From a virus (Duplodnaviria > Caudoviricetes): a stretch of 30,066 nt of DNA. The stretch's first letter is position 1; each line of letters begins with the position of its first letter. Of this stretch, positions 1 through 11,023 are shown one piece after another. A program made the position numbers and the translations under genes. Under the pieces are notes generated by a model. It did no database searches. It saw only the letters and a list, made by a program, of their open reading frames with translations, and was not told the DNA's origin. Where the stretch lies: positions 1-30,066 of IMG/VR virus record IMGVR_UViG_3300027653_000041, one strand, 5' to 3'.

Positions 1-3000
1 CCTTGAGTATTCCACTTACCTGAGTTCTTAATTTGGTCATCTGGTAATCCACCATCGATTTGAATAGCCCCACCGCGCACATATAAGCCGCGGTAATCCA
101 TTCGAGCGTATGAATCAGAACGTTGAGTAAGGGCTGTAATTCCAGAAGAGTTCAAAACTATACTACTTGGCAAAGGCGCTTCAAGGTTCAAATCATCCCT
201 CATAGCCTCATCGATTCTATCTGCATGGTCTATTGCCTCATCTTTTGCTTGTTCTGAGTGTAGTTCCGCAATTACATCGATAGCGTTATCGAATGCTTCT
301 GATAACTCACCAAGTGCTATTAGATGTTCATTGAAGGCACCATTAACCATCTCTCGCTCTTCTTCGGTTATTTCACCATCTCTGATAGCGTCATCTATAG
401 CATTTATTAAGTCGGTGTAAGTCATGTCATATCTCATTTTAGCGTATTCTAATTCACTTTTAGCTATACCTCGCAGAAATGGATTAGAGATAATAGTTTC
501 GTACCGACTGTCCATCGTTATCTTTTCTCCTTGCAGGTCGTTTATAACCTGTTCAAGGATTTGTCTTTCTGTGTCCGAAATAATTCCATCTCTAAACGCT
601 TCGTCAATATACCTTCTAGTTTCCTCTATTTGATCAGTTGCTGAGTCAATATCCTCTTTAAGTAAGAATTTTACTGAGTCAGCATATCTTTGAGCGTACT
701 TTTTCACCCTTCGTTCATCGTGTATACTCAATTGGAGTGCTGTTCCCGTGTTATTTGCGTACATTAAATTACTTTCTCTTATATCTATGGTATCGCTGAA
801 TACGTGGATATTGTTAATTCCTTGCTCTAGTGATAAGTCTCCCTCGTAATCTACTTCCTCTTTTTTATAATCGGGTAACTTGTATAAAATTGCATAAGGA
901 TTATCTCTAAAGTATTCATTTATACCTTCATCCGTAAGTTCATATCCTGATAGTTCTTCTTCAGAGATGGAAATAGCTAATCTGTATTTCTCAGGAGTAT
1001 CACCCAATCCGACATAATAACAATCTGCACTATCCCACACACCATCAACTGGAGGGAGTAGTTTTCCGTCATTCTTCGTTACGTAAACGTAATTTTCAAT
1101 ATCCAAACCTTCTACTGTTATAAAATCATCTTCTGAAAATGCGATAACGAAACCATCGTAGTCGCTTGGAGAAATGAACCAATTTAATTCGGGAGAGTGT
1201 ACATGCTCCCAAATCTTCTTTTTGATAGGTTCATTATCTGAATTTATAGCTAATTTATCTCTAGCTATTTCATTACCATAAAAAGAATTATTCACTTCTA
1301 AACTTAATTCATGGTAAGGTTCAAAAGGGGTTACCTCAGAGCCAAATTCAAGTTGAATATTTCTAATCCAGACTGCACCTGTAGCATCTCGCATGAGTAT
1401 TTTTAATCCGATGAAGTCAGAAATCTCTTTATCACTTACCTTGAAGGTAGAACTGTATAATGTCCAATCTTGGTTCTTTTCCTCTACAATTTGCCCACCT
1501 AACTCGAATACTTCCTTCGTTTCATCGGAGTAGTAAATTTCAAATTCGATTCCTAAGAAAGGATTAGTTTCTCCATATTCTAGGTCTTTGGTTCTAGCCT
1601 CGAATGATAAAGTTAACTTTTTATCTTGCAGTTCTCTGAACCCTTCATAAAGTTTTATACCGTGATTTTCTTTAATGAGTGTTTTCTCGAAGTAAGGTGA
1701 ATTCCAGTGAAATACCTCACCTTGACTCGTTAGTAAGTTTTTATGGTATTTGACCAACCTTGGATTCTTAATAGGGGTAATTCTTAAACTACCTTCACCC
1801 CACTCATCTTCAGGCGTTGGAGACCAATTTGTGATTACCGGCACTTCCATTGTGTTGTGTGGAGATAAAAAATATGTTGATGTTTTTTTACTATTTTCCA
1901 ATTTCCACTTTTTAAGGTCTATATATTCAACATGGTTTTTAGACTCAAGGACGATACTTACATTTTCGTAATCAGACACGCCTTTAGCCGGAACGAACAA
2001 CCTCATCCATCCATCAGACGACTTCACCATCGCTTTTGATGTGTGTCTTATGTTATTTTCCTTCTCATAAATCATACTGAGGGAAACTTCTGTATCGTTG
2101 GATGTTCTGATGAATATAGATAACGCATAATTATCTCCATCAATGAATTCTTCTGTAATGTCATCATGTATATAACTTTTAATAGAGACGATTCCGTTAT
2201 CAATTGGAGATATTCTTGTGTATGATTCCGGTTCATTATCAATTATTTTTAAATCGAATGGATGGTCGGGGTTGTTAGGCGAAAGACCTACTCTAACTCG
2301 GCTATCCCTGAGTAAGTTTTTATTACTAACACCATCATCTAATGCATTTTCCCAATAATCAATATGTCTACCATCAAATGACCAATAACTAGGGGTCATA
2401 ACGCCCGAATCAACCTTATTATCACCATGTCGTAATGTTGTATTGGAGAAATTATCTTCTTCTAACAAACTATCCGTGTACTCTTTAACCTTTTCCAAAT
2501 CTTCCTCTGACGCCTTAGAGTCCCATTCATCAACGAGAGCATCCTCGATGTGATCTCTCTTCAACCCGCCAAGAACTTCGAGAGCACCTGAGTACACTTG
2601 TAATCCATATTCCTTTGGTCTGTACTGCCCCATGATGACTCTTGGATTATCTTCTTCGTCATAAACACTAATCCCGTACTCATTACCCAAAGTGACTGAA
2701 TTAGCATATGGAGTATTTAATTTAACACTTTCAGTTTCCTCAGATTCAATATATGGCGTAGGTGTATCTCCAACCTCAACCTTGACTTTATCAAACCAAA
2801 ACGTCTCCGACGTATAGTTACCCGCACACTTTCTGATTTTCACAATTATATTGGTAGTTTCTTCGGTTGTGATAAACTGCATATCGTATTCTTTGTTTTG
2901 ACTCATTTGTAGATTGTGAGATTCTACTAATTCATCTTTTTCATTATACTCTTCTACAACTAACTCCCCTCTACATTCAATCATACGTGATTCTAAACTT

Positions 3001-5000
3001 ATCGTATACTCTGTAGAGGTCTTTACCCCTTTTACTATTTGATAGAAATAACCTGTGCCACTATCGGTCGAAGTTATTTCAAATGATTGCTTTCCATGGA
3101 TGATGTAATTCCCGCCAACTCGAACTCTCGCCGAAGCATTACCTGTTTCTCTAACAAAATACCAAAAATCAGGAACCATATGTTTGTGATCCAAAGCACC
3201 TATATCTTCTGCATCATATGCTCCAGACCATAATTCAGCTCCACCGTTAGAAATGACGTTAGCATTTATATCCTCTACAAAATCTTGAGTTGGTGTTCCC
3301 GGATAGGTTTTCTCGAAGGACTCACCATCAAAAGATTCAAATACCCACGGTTCTTTATCAGCTTCTAATAAGTCAAGCGTTGCCGTCCATCCGTTGCTTT
3401 GGTTAAATGTGTAATCGATTCTCTCTATAGTGAATTTATGATTAGTCCCACTATTACTATCCGTAACTTTAGCAATATCATTTAGCTTCAATTCTGGGTA
3501 TCCACTTATATTGATATTGAGATTTTTGCGGTGGTTAGAGAAGTTATCAATGATATATTGTGATAACTTTTGCGCTAACTTTGAATTATTTATATAATTG
3601 TTATTAATTTCTATCTTATGTTCGTCAAATTTTTCAATCGATGGATTATGTTTATTATGAACCTCAATAGGATTTATGGTTCGTATAGGATAACCCCTTA
3701 GCTGTAGGGTGGAAATAGACACTTTGTCATCTGTGTTATTCTTTAGGATAATCTCCACTTTAGAACCATCATCGTCCGCAGAAAAACGTTGTAAGGATAC
3801 AGTTCCATCAACGTCTGGTTCTAAGCTAAATCGAATTGGCTTAGTTCCATCTGCACTCCAAGCGGAAACGTCTGGGGTTAAAAACGAAAAGACCTCTTCG
3901 CTTATTTCAGCAACATATCTTCTTTGGTCATCAGGCATAATAACTAAGGATTGGTAAGTGTAAGATACAGATATAGTGTCACCCTCATAAACTTCTCTTA
4001 AACTTCCTTCGGTGAGTTTTATTCGACCCAGCTCAGCGTTGTAAACTTCCCAATCTAGAGGAACTCCCGTTGTCATGTTTCGTAACTCTATTTCTTCGGA
4101 ACCTTCTTCCCAATACAGAGGCAAATTGTTTCTGTTTATGTAAATATATTCCCCTTCTTCGTAAGTAACTAATTCATTCTCTACTTTAACGAGGTTTTCG
4201 GGAGTTTCCCACACAACTTCTTTCTCTAAAATCTCTTTATGCTCACTAATTATTTCAACCTTGTTTATGATTTGCTCTTCATTTACCACCTCATCAAATT
4301 CAAATGCATCATCTGTGGAAATATTATGTTTCTCTTCGTCATCAAAAACATAATCAAGAGCTAACTTAGTATGAACTTTGAATGAATCACCTTCAAAGTA
4401 AGCCTGACCAGCAGACATTTGCATGAGGCTTTTTAGTGCATTGAAACAACTATCTTCCTCAAATTTAAAGTATTTGAAATAATATTCTGTCTTAGGTATA
4501 TCTCTTTCAAAAAAATCATCTATACCAGCCTCAGCCAGAAGAATAGTTATGAGGTTTTCTAGCGTTATATCTTGATATTTTGTTTGTGGGGGTTTCTTTT
4601 TCTTCAACTTATCCATGGGGCAGGAAGCCTTCATAAGCAATTCCTTGCTTCTCCACTTAGGCTCAAAACCTCTCACATACCCAATGGCACTTATATCCAA
4701 CTCTTCTCCTTCGAAACCCGTTTTCAAAACAAAACGAACATTACCCCTAACTTTTCCGTGGTAAGGGCTACGAGTGTTATGATTAGAAAATACATTATTT
4801 GTATTATCTATAGTGAATGTAAAGATATCGCTTGATACGCCACCTAAAACTTCACTTTCCTTTTCTCTCGATCCGCTTATGTCTAATACATAATCTGTTA
4901 TATTTTCCCATTCATCAATTCTTCCGAAACCTAAGTCATTGAAATCGACAAGTAATTTCATTTCAGGGAACCGTATAGATGAATCAAGTCTACCTCTCAT
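1..5000 (-). CDS. Large tail-tip/central fibre (Tal-like) protein with several carbohydrate-binding-like modules; 3' end lies outside the window (>1666 aa)
   Basis: Not in the ORF track because there is no stop in the window. ATG at 5000 follows RBS GAGGTG; manual translation (MRGRLDSSIRFPEMKLLVDFNDLG...GKWNTQG) stays open to base 1. Lies directly after tape measure and Dit-like genes. Has repeated 'NLL...(K/Q)(V/L)E.G...TP(Y/F)' modules. Confidence 0.85.
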   Translation of the reverse strand, partial: MRGRLDSSIRFPEMKLLVDFNDLGFGRIDEWENITDYVLDISGSREKESEVLGGVSSDIFTFTIDNTNNVFSNHNTRSPYHGKVRGNVRFVLKTGFEGEELDISAIGYVRGFEPKWRSKELLMKASCPMDKLKKKKPPQTKYQDITLENLITILLAEAGIDDFFERDIPKTEYYFKYFKFEEDSCFNALKSLMQMSAGQAYFEGDSFKVHTKLALDYVFDDEEKHNISTDDAFEFDEVVNEEQIINKVEIISEHKEILEKEVVWETPENLVKVENELVTYEEGEYIYINRNNLPLYWEEGSEEIELRNMTTGVPLDWEVYNAELGRIKLTEGSLREVYEGDTISVSYTYQSLVIMPDDQRRYVAEISEEVFSFLTPDVSAWSADGTKPIRFSLEPDVDGTVSLQRFSADDDGSKVEIILKNNTDDKVSISTLQLRGYPIRTINPIEVHNKHNPSIEKFDEHKIEINNNYINNSKLAQKLSQYIIDNFSNHRKNLNINISGYPELKLNDIAKVTDSNSGTNHKFTIERIDYTFNQSNGWTATLDLLEADKEPWVFESFDGESFEKTYPGTPTQDFVEDINANVISNGGAELWSGAYDAEDIGALDHKHMVPDFWYFVRETGNASARVRVGGNYIIHGKQSFEITSTDSGTGYFYQIVKGVKTSTEYTISLESRMIECRGELVVEEYNEKDELVESHNLQMSQNKEYDMQFITTEETTNIIVKIRKCAGNYTSETFWFDKVKVEVGDTPTPYIESEETESVKLNTPYANSVTLGNEYGISVYDEEDNPRVIMGQYRPKEYGLQVYSGALEVLGGLKRDHIEDALVDEWDSKASEEDLEKVKEYTDSLLEEDNFSNTTLRHGDNKVDSGVMTPSYWSFDGRHIDYWENALDDGVSNKNLLRDSRVRVGLSPNNPDHPFDLKIIDNEPESYTRISPIDNGIVSIKSYIHDDITEEFIDGDNYALSIFIRTSNDTEVSLSMIYEKENNIRHTSKAMVKSSDGWMRLFVPAKGVSDYENVSIVLESKNHVEYIDLKKWKLENSKKTSTYFLSPHNTMEVPVITNWSPTPEDEWGEGSLRITPIKNPRLVKYHKNLLTSQGEVFHWNSPYFEKTLIKENHGIKLYEGFRELQDKKLTLSFEARTKDLEYGETNPFLGIEFEIYYSDETKEVFELGGQIVEEKNQDWTLYSSTFKVSDKEISDFIGLKILMRDATGAVWIRNIQLEFGSEVTPFEPYHELSLEVNNSFYGNEIARDKLAINSDNEPIKKKIWEHVHSPELNWFISPSDYDGFVIAFSEDDFITVEGLDIENYVYVTKNDGKLLPPVDGVWDSADCYYVGLGDTPEKYRLAISISEEELSGYELTDEGINEYFRDNPYAILYKLPDYKKEEVDYEGDLSLEQGINNIHVFSDTIDIRESNLMYANNTGTALQLSIHDERRVKKYAQRYADSVKFLLKEDIDSATDQIEETRRYIDEAFRDGIISDTERQILEQVINDLQGEKITMDSRYETIISNPFLRGIAKSELEYAKMRYDMTYTDLINAIDDAIRDGEITEEEREMVNGAFNEHLIALGELSEAFDNAIDVIAELHSEQAKDEAIDHADRIDEAMRDDLNLEAPLPSSIVLNSSGITALTQRSDSYARMDYRGLYVRGGAIQIDGGLPDDQIKNSGKWNTQ

Positions 5001-5013
5001 ATCATACACCTCT

Positions 5014-5379
5014 CTAAACTTCTTCTAAAACAATCGTTCCAGACCAAAAAATATCTTTACCCTGAATACGTTCTTCTAATCCGAAACTCTCCGCTCCCCA
5101 CATAACATCGTATTGATTATTTTCATCATCTATAAAAGTTAATTCTTTTCCATCTTCTATATTCTTTAGGAAGATAGTATACATTATTATATATTCTTGA
5201 TTGCTCATATCAGCAAACCCTAATTCAAATGTGTTTTTTATAGCTATAACATCCCTTTTCGCAGAACCAGTTATAGTTCTCCTTACCGGTGTACCAATTA
5301 CATTAGGCCTTCTGCTAAAATTATCAGGGAGAAAGAAATGAAATCCTTCTCCCTCAATACCTAACCTAAAATAAGACAT
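5014..5379 (-). CDS. Putative distal tail (Dit-like) protein
   Basis: 121 aa beta-rich ORF coupled to the tape measure end; position between tape measure and tail tip; ends '...WSGTIVLEEV'. Confidence 0.6.
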   Translation of the reverse strand: MSYFRLGIEGEGFHFFLPDNFSRRPNVIGTPVRRTITGSAKRDVIAIKNTFELGFADMSNQEYIIMYTIFLKNIEDGKELTFIDDENNQYDVMWGAESFGLEERIQGKDIFWSGTIVLEEV

Positions 5380-8300
5380 TAATCATTCCCCCTACCATCT
5401 TCCTCATCTATCATCTCTTTAAGAAGCATTGCGAATTCCCTTAATTCCGATTCGCTGGCTATAGACACTCCCGTCTGAACTATATAAGTTACATCTCTAA
5501 TAACATTAGTGTCAGCCTGAAAAGTTTTCATATCACTTCTAGGTACTGACTCATCAGTATCATCCGTTGATTTAAGTTCGTCGTTTTTTGGTGTCACAGT
5601 AATGCTGGATTCAGCCTCATGAACCTCTCTCATAGCCTTAGCAATTTCTGTATACGAATCAATAATAATATCTGCGTTAGCCTGTATATACTTCACTCTA
5701 TTTTCCGCATCTCTTACTACGTTTCCAAATTCGTCAGTGAATTCCCTTCTGCTCGTTACGGACTCTAATTGATCCTCTAATTCTTTATATTTCTTGACAA
5801 GTTCATCCATTTCTTTCTTATTGGTTTTGACTTGTTTTTCACTTTCTCTTAGTGCTTTGTTTAGGTAATTATATTCTTCTTCCAGTGCTTTTAGTTGTTC
5901 CCTTAGTGGTTCTTGAGCTTCCTTTATAATTTTTGAATCTCTTACACCTTTTTTGCGCATATCTTTATTTACTTTATCCATGCGCTTCTCTACTTGTTGC
6001 ATATACTTTTTAAGTTCTTTTAATCGTTTATGACCTTCCCCTGATTGAATTTGATATTCAAGTAGAGCAGACTCTTCAGCTCTCGCTCTTATCTTTGCTT
6101 CAACTTTATTAAGCTCTTCTTCCAACTCATCAGCTAAAGTTAATTCCTCTCCAAAGAATATATCTAGGTCATCATATAATTCTTTAATATACTTGCTAGT
6201 GAAGTCATCTTTAGCTTCTTCCCTAACTCTGTTAAGCATACTTTCATATGACCTCAACAATTCATCGACTTGCCAATTAGCTTCTTTCATTTTAGAGTTA
6301 AAGTTATCTAACCACTTATTTGTTTTATCATTCATATCGTCGAGAACGTTTTGGCTGACGTCTTTTAGTATATTTCTCCAAGCTCTTGTTTGGTCTAAAT
6401 TAGACATGAATTTATTACTCTTATCGAACAATCTTCTAGCTTGATTAACGTCACTTAATTCGCTCAGAGATGATATTAGGTTTGTGTTAAAATCTCTCTT
6501 GGCACTTAATCCTAACCTTTCAACAGCCCTCATATCTTTAGCTGTTGTCATATGTCTCGCGAAGTACCCCGGATCACGTAGGTTGTTTCTTTGTAAATAA
6601 TTGAATCTATCCATTCTTCTTTCCCAATGCTTTTCCGCTTGCTTTTTAGTCATTTTAGGTGCAGAAGATTTGGATGACGATGATGACTTCCTCTTACTTT
6701 TAGAACTTGTACTTGAAGGAACTTTTATAGTTTGACCAACATAAATTTTATGTCTATTTTTTATATGTGGATTAAGTTTCAGTAATTTATCTATTCCGCC
6801 ACTATATGCATTACCATAATACTTCATAGCGAGTTCAGATATAGTATCCCCTCTACGTACTTTGTAACGATCAGTGCCCCCACCGATACCAAATTCTTTG
6901 TGTTGTGGTGGTAATTCTCCATTCAAAATCTTGAACAGTCTACCTTGCTGATTCTTCGTCATCACCATTTCTCCACGTTCGAGTCTCGTATCAATTTCCT
7001 TGTGGTTGGGCTTTTCTCCAACTATTCCACCGGTATGATATTTGGGAGGAGCTGCATCTGTTCCGCCGCCAAACCCTCCGGGATTTATCGGAATTCCACC
7101 CCTTCTCACCTCATAGTGTAAGTGAGGTCCAGTAGAGTTACCGGTGCTACCTACTCCACCTAAAATTTGCCCTTTCTTGACCATCTGGCCAGCACGGACG
7201 TTTCGATTATTCATGTGAGCGTATAAATATGTCAATCCGTTAAAACCCTGCACGTGAACTACATTACCGTATCCTCCGTAACCAGAACCACTTACTCCAA
7301 ATCCTGAATAAATAACTCTTCCAGCCATTTGATTCGGTATCGGTGTTCCTGTTGGTGCTCCGTAGTCTACACCGGCATGAAATTTAGATGCACCTGTAAT
7401 GGGGTGCTTCCTCATTCCGAATCCAGATGTCTTTACAAACCCTTTTCCAAAACTAGCTGATGGGGTCATTCCCCCAGCCGATTCCTCAACCTTTTGTCTT
7501 AATTTTTCAGAGTCAATCTTCCCACCTTTACCAAATAAGCCTGAGAAGATTCCTTTTATAGACATTGTAATTGTTCCTGCGATGGGTTTTTGGAACTTTT
7601 CTTTTAAACTTCCCCAAGCTCCTCTAACTCCACCTATCTTTTCGTCTGTCTCTTCTAGGTTTTTGTTTGTATTTTTTGTAGTAGAGCTTGATGTTTTTTG
7701 TATTTTACCCATTGAGCTCAAAGCACCCAAGCTCAATTCAACCCATTTTTTTCTCTTTGAAGATAAACTTGATGAAACTTCTTTGCTGTTTTCTTTGTTT
7801 GCTTTTGTATCTCCGGCTAAGTTCCTGATGTTTGATTTAGTCATCTCTGAGTGAACTTCTTTGTATTCATTTGACTTTTTCATTTTCTTACTAAATTGCT
7901 TCTCGGCTTCTTCTCTTGATAAGTTATCTTTTTCCATTAATTTTTCTATGTGTTCTTCATAATCTCTCAAGTATTCTGCATCTGATTTACCTTTTTCTTC
8001 ATTGTGCTCTTTTTGATATTTTATTATTTCCTCATAATGCTTTTCTGCTTCCTTCCTAGACTCTCCGGTTCTTTCAATGTATTTGTCGATAACATCTTCG
8101 TACTCATTTATGTATTTATTATCAGAGTTAGCTTTTTCTTTATTAGCTTTCTTCGTATTGTTGGCATCTAATTTTCTAGCTAATGCCTTTGCTTCTGACG
8201 CCGACAGCTCCCCCTCAGTAGCTTCTTGGAGGGCTTCCTCTAATTCTTCTAAACTCAATACCTCATCGTCATATGCCCCTATATTTTCTCTTATTTCTTC

Positions 8301-11009
8301 TCTCGTTACACCATAACTAACAGCTAAGTCTGCTTCTAGAGCGTTCATCAAAGCCGTTTGGTCAGCTGTCCTATCTTGCATTTGAGAAAGTATTTTATAC
8401 ATGTTGTGATTTTCTCTAAGTTGAGCTACCTGACCCTCTTGTGCGAGTGTTAGTCTTTCTATAGCACCAGCATTATCATCGATTGCCTCGGCCATATCCT
8501 CATATGCGTATGTGGAGGCTAATATTCCATCTTCCTTTACCTCTTCCATCTTTTCCTTGGCTTCTTCCATGGTGATGTTTTGATCTTCCATTATTTGCTC
8601 TACTTCTTGAAGAGCTTCACCGTATGTGGTGTTTTCATTTATAGCTATACCTATAGAACCTAAGAGTTCTGTCAACTCTTCATCCTGCTGACTCATGATG
8701 GTAACATTCTCTAAACCCTTTTCCGACAATTCGCCTGTAGCCAATCCATACTTTTTCGCGGTTTCCTTTGCATAATCATAGTTACCGCCAGTTTCAGCAG
8801 CCTTTACGGTCAATTGTTCGAACGCGAGAATAACTTCATCGTTAGCTTCATTGAGCATCTTTTGGGCCTTCTCTGTTGCTTTGATTTTTTCTTCAAGCAT
8901 ATTATACCCATATTCATCTACATCGCCTAGTTTAATTGATTCTTTGAGATTTTCGTACTCTTCAGCAGTTTCTTGAGCTTGCTTATTTTGCGCCTTTTGT
9001 TGCTCCTCTAATTGCCTCATTTCACCTCGAAGATTAACTACCCATCCAATAGCGATAGTTACCCAGAATAAAGGATTCTTAATAGTTGCAGATGCTAACG
9101 TCTTAATTGAATTAGTAACTTTACCAATTGTCCCAGACAAGATTGTGGCATTTCTGGACGATAGCCCCATCTGCGTACCCAATGATACGATTTGCGGATT
9201 CACTTTACCGAGATTCTTTTCAACCTCTTTAATAGGTATGCTTGTGTCTTTCATCATAGCATTCATCGTTTGGAATCTTCTTCCTAACCCAGCCACACTA
9301 AATGCTACAGTGGGTATTACAGCATCCCAAATAGTAAAATTCTTGACAACGTCAGTCATACCTGACGCAAAAACACCTAATTCCTTCGTTATATAAACAA
9401 TAGCCGAACCTAACCCGGATTCTCCCAATTCATAAGCTAGTTCTTGGAATCTTGCAATTGTTTGAGCTATTTGAGCGGTGAAACTCTCCATAAATTTCTC
9501 GTTCTCTTTTACGGCAGAGCCGTGAGATTTTGTGGCAGTATCCGCTGATGACATAGCCGTATCATAATTGTCCATGAGAACTAAAAAACGAGAAAGTTGG
9601 TGCCTACCTGCAACTTGGACACCTATGTTTTGTTTTTGGTTATCAGTTAATGTACTCCACCTGCTTGCTAAGTCACCTAACACATCTTGAACGGGTCTAG
9701 CTTGCGAGGTGACAGGATCAAAAACAGTTACCCCAGCTGCCTCTAACTCATTTACAGCTCCGGTCACTGTAGTTACTCGTGAAAGCACTGTTTTTAATGA
9801 GTTTCCTACAATTGACCCACTCTCTCGCGTTGATTCGGTTATGGCTGTTGTATATCCAATTAGCGTTTCTAGTTCTACACCAAAGGCATTTGCTGCCCCA
9901 CCAGAACGTCTAACGGAGTCGATTAGATTCTCTGCATCGATGGCATATTGGTTAGCTACCTCGTTGAACCTATCTACTACTTGTGTAGCTTCAGTGAAGT
10001 CTTTCTTATATATATTCATTACACCTGTCAATCCTGAAGCTGCATCTGATAAATCCATTTGGCCTACGTTACTGAGTATTGAAGCCGCTCTAGATAAGTA
10101 GTCTACAGCTTCCTCTCCATAACCCTGACGACCGAATTCAACTATTACATCAGTAACTTCTGTAATCTTCATACCGAACTCATTGGCTGCCAGTGTCGCA
10201 TTCTCCATAATTCTATCGAAGTTGGTACTTTCATTCATTACCTGCTTCATTTCAGTTAATCGTAAGTCTAATTCGATAACTGTATCCGTGACAGCTCTAA
10301 AAGCTCTCGCCGTTCCATAAACCATCGTCGCAGATGCAGACCACTGAACCATACGAAGGGCTGCGATTCCCATGGCCTTACCAAAGGATAGAGTATATTT
10401 GTTTAGCCCTTTCTGCGTCTCGGCCATCATACCTAACTCGCCACGATAACGATTCATGTCTTTGGCTGTTTTTTGCCATTGTTCACTCGACTTCCCTTGT
10501 GCTGCATTCAATTGATTTACTGACGTGCGCGCCCTTTTCGTACTTCCGTCTAAATTTTTTACGCTCATCGACATTTTCTTTCCGCTATTTACCCACTTTT
10601 TAGCTCCATCATCCCACGTCATCATAAGGTCTTGGGCATTTCCTGAAGCATCTTTTAACCTCGCGGACATTTTGCCTGTGCTAGATATATTAACTCTAGC
10701 ATCTCTATTATATTCCTTCATTTTCTTTTGTAGTTTTGATTGAGCATCAGACATTTGATTCGTTCGGAATGCTTGTGATTTAATCGCATCGTCTGCCCTA
10801 TTGACCATTTTAATCATTTCATTGTGACCTTTAGACATTCCGTTGATTGCTCTAGCATTACCACCATATGTCCTGCTCAGGGCTGCTGTGGCTTTGTTCA
10901 CGCCTTCAATTCTCTTATTGAATCTATCTAATTTACTCGCTGCTTTATCTAAGTCTTTTAATTGAGCTTTGTTTACATTAAACTGAATATTTATCCTATT
11001 GTCACTCAT
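5379..11009 (-). CDS. Tail tape measure protein with M23 peptidase and LysM domains
   Basis: 1876 aa; TP901-type tape-measure core (VVDRFNEVANQYA...SGSIVGNSLKTVLSR), long coiled coils, M23 motifs HAGVD and GPHLHYEV, LysM YKVRRGDTISELA...NPHIKNRHKIYVGQTIKVP. Confidence 0.93.
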   Translation of the reverse strand: MSDNRINIQFNVNKAQLKDLDKAASKLDRFNKRIEGVNKATAALSRTYGGNARAINGMSKGHNEMIKMVNRADDAIKSQAFRTNQMSDAQSKLQKKMKEYNRDARVNISSTGKMSARLKDASGNAQDLMMTWDDGAKKWVNSGKKMSMSVKNLDGSTKRARTSVNQLNAAQGKSSEQWQKTAKDMNRYRGELGMMAETQKGLNKYTLSFGKAMGIAALRMVQWSASATMVYGTARAFRAVTDTVIELDLRLTEMKQVMNESTNFDRIMENATLAANEFGMKITEVTDVIVEFGRQGYGEEAVDYLSRAASILSNVGQMDLSDAASGLTGVMNIYKKDFTEATQVVDRFNEVANQYAIDAENLIDSVRRSGGAANAFGVELETLIGYTTAITESTRESGSIVGNSLKTVLSRVTTVTGAVNELEAAGVTVFDPVTSQARPVQDVLGDLASRWSTLTDNQKQNIGVQVAGRHQLSRFLVLMDNYDTAMSSADTATKSHGSAVKENEKFMESFTAQIAQTIARFQELAYELGESGLGSAIVYITKELGVFASGMTDVVKNFTIWDAVIPTVAFSVAGLGRRFQTMNAMMKDTSIPIKEVEKNLGKVNPQIVSLGTQMGLSSRNATILSGTIGKVTNSIKTLASATIKNPLFWVTIAIGWVVNLRGEMRQLEEQQKAQNKQAQETAEEYENLKESIKLGDVDEYGYNMLEEKIKATEKAQKMLNEANDEVILAFEQLTVKAAETGGNYDYAKETAKKYGLATGELSEKGLENVTIMSQQDEELTELLGSIGIAINENTTYGEALQEVEQIMEDQNITMEEAKEKMEEVKEDGILASTYAYEDMAEAIDDNAGAIERLTLAQEGQVAQLRENHNMYKILSQMQDRTADQTALMNALEADLAVSYGVTREEIRENIGAYDDEVLSLEELEEALQEATEGELSASEAKALARKLDANNTKKANKEKANSDNKYINEYEDVIDKYIERTGESRKEAEKHYEEIIKYQKEHNEEKGKSDAEYLRDYEEHIEKLMEKDNLSREEAEKQFSKKMKKSNEYKEVHSEMTKSNIRNLAGDTKANKENSKEVSSSLSSKRKKWVELSLGALSSMGKIQKTSSSTTKNTNKNLEETDEKIGGVRGAWGSLKEKFQKPIAGTITMSIKGIFSGLFGKGGKIDSEKLRQKVEESAGGMTPSASFGKGFVKTSGFGMRKHPITGASKFHAGVDYGAPTGTPIPNQMAGRVIYSGFGVSGSGYGGYGNVVHVQGFNGLTYLYAHMNNRNVRAGQMVKKGQILGGVGSTGNSTGPHLHYEVRRGGIPINPGGFGGGTDAAPPKYHTGGIVGEKPNHKEIDTRLERGEMVMTKNQQGRLFKILNGELPPQHKEFGIGGGTDRYKVRRGDTISELAMKYYGNAYSGGIDKLLKLNPHIKNRHKIYVGQTIKVPSSTSSKSKRKSSSSSKSSAPKMTKKQAEKHWERRMDRFNYLQRNNLRDPGYFARHMTTAKDMRAVERLGLSAKRDFNTNLISSLSELSDVNQARRLFDKSNKFMSNLDQTRAWRNILKDVSQNVLDDMNDKTNKWLDNFNSKMKEANWQVDELLRSYESMLNRVREEAKDDFTSKYIKELYDDLDIFFGEELTLADELEEELNKVEAKIRARAEESALLEYQIQSGEGHKRLKELKKYMQQVEKRMDKVNKDMRKKGVRDSKIIKEAQEPLREQLKALEEEYNYLNKALRESEKQVKTNKKEMDELVKKYKELEDQLESVTSRREFTDEFGNVVRDAENRVKYIQANADIIIDSYTEIAKAMREVHEAESSITVTPKNDELKSTDDTDESVPRSDMKTFQADTNVIRDVTYIVQTGVSIASESELREFAMLLKEMIDEEDGRGND

Positions 11010-11023
11010 ACTGTAACCCCCTC

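Noticed and set aside
7900-8125. Internal ~31 aa repeat in the tape measure (SDNKY...EAEKHY / SDAEY...EAEKQF)
   Set aside because: Real, but ordinary for tape measure proteins.
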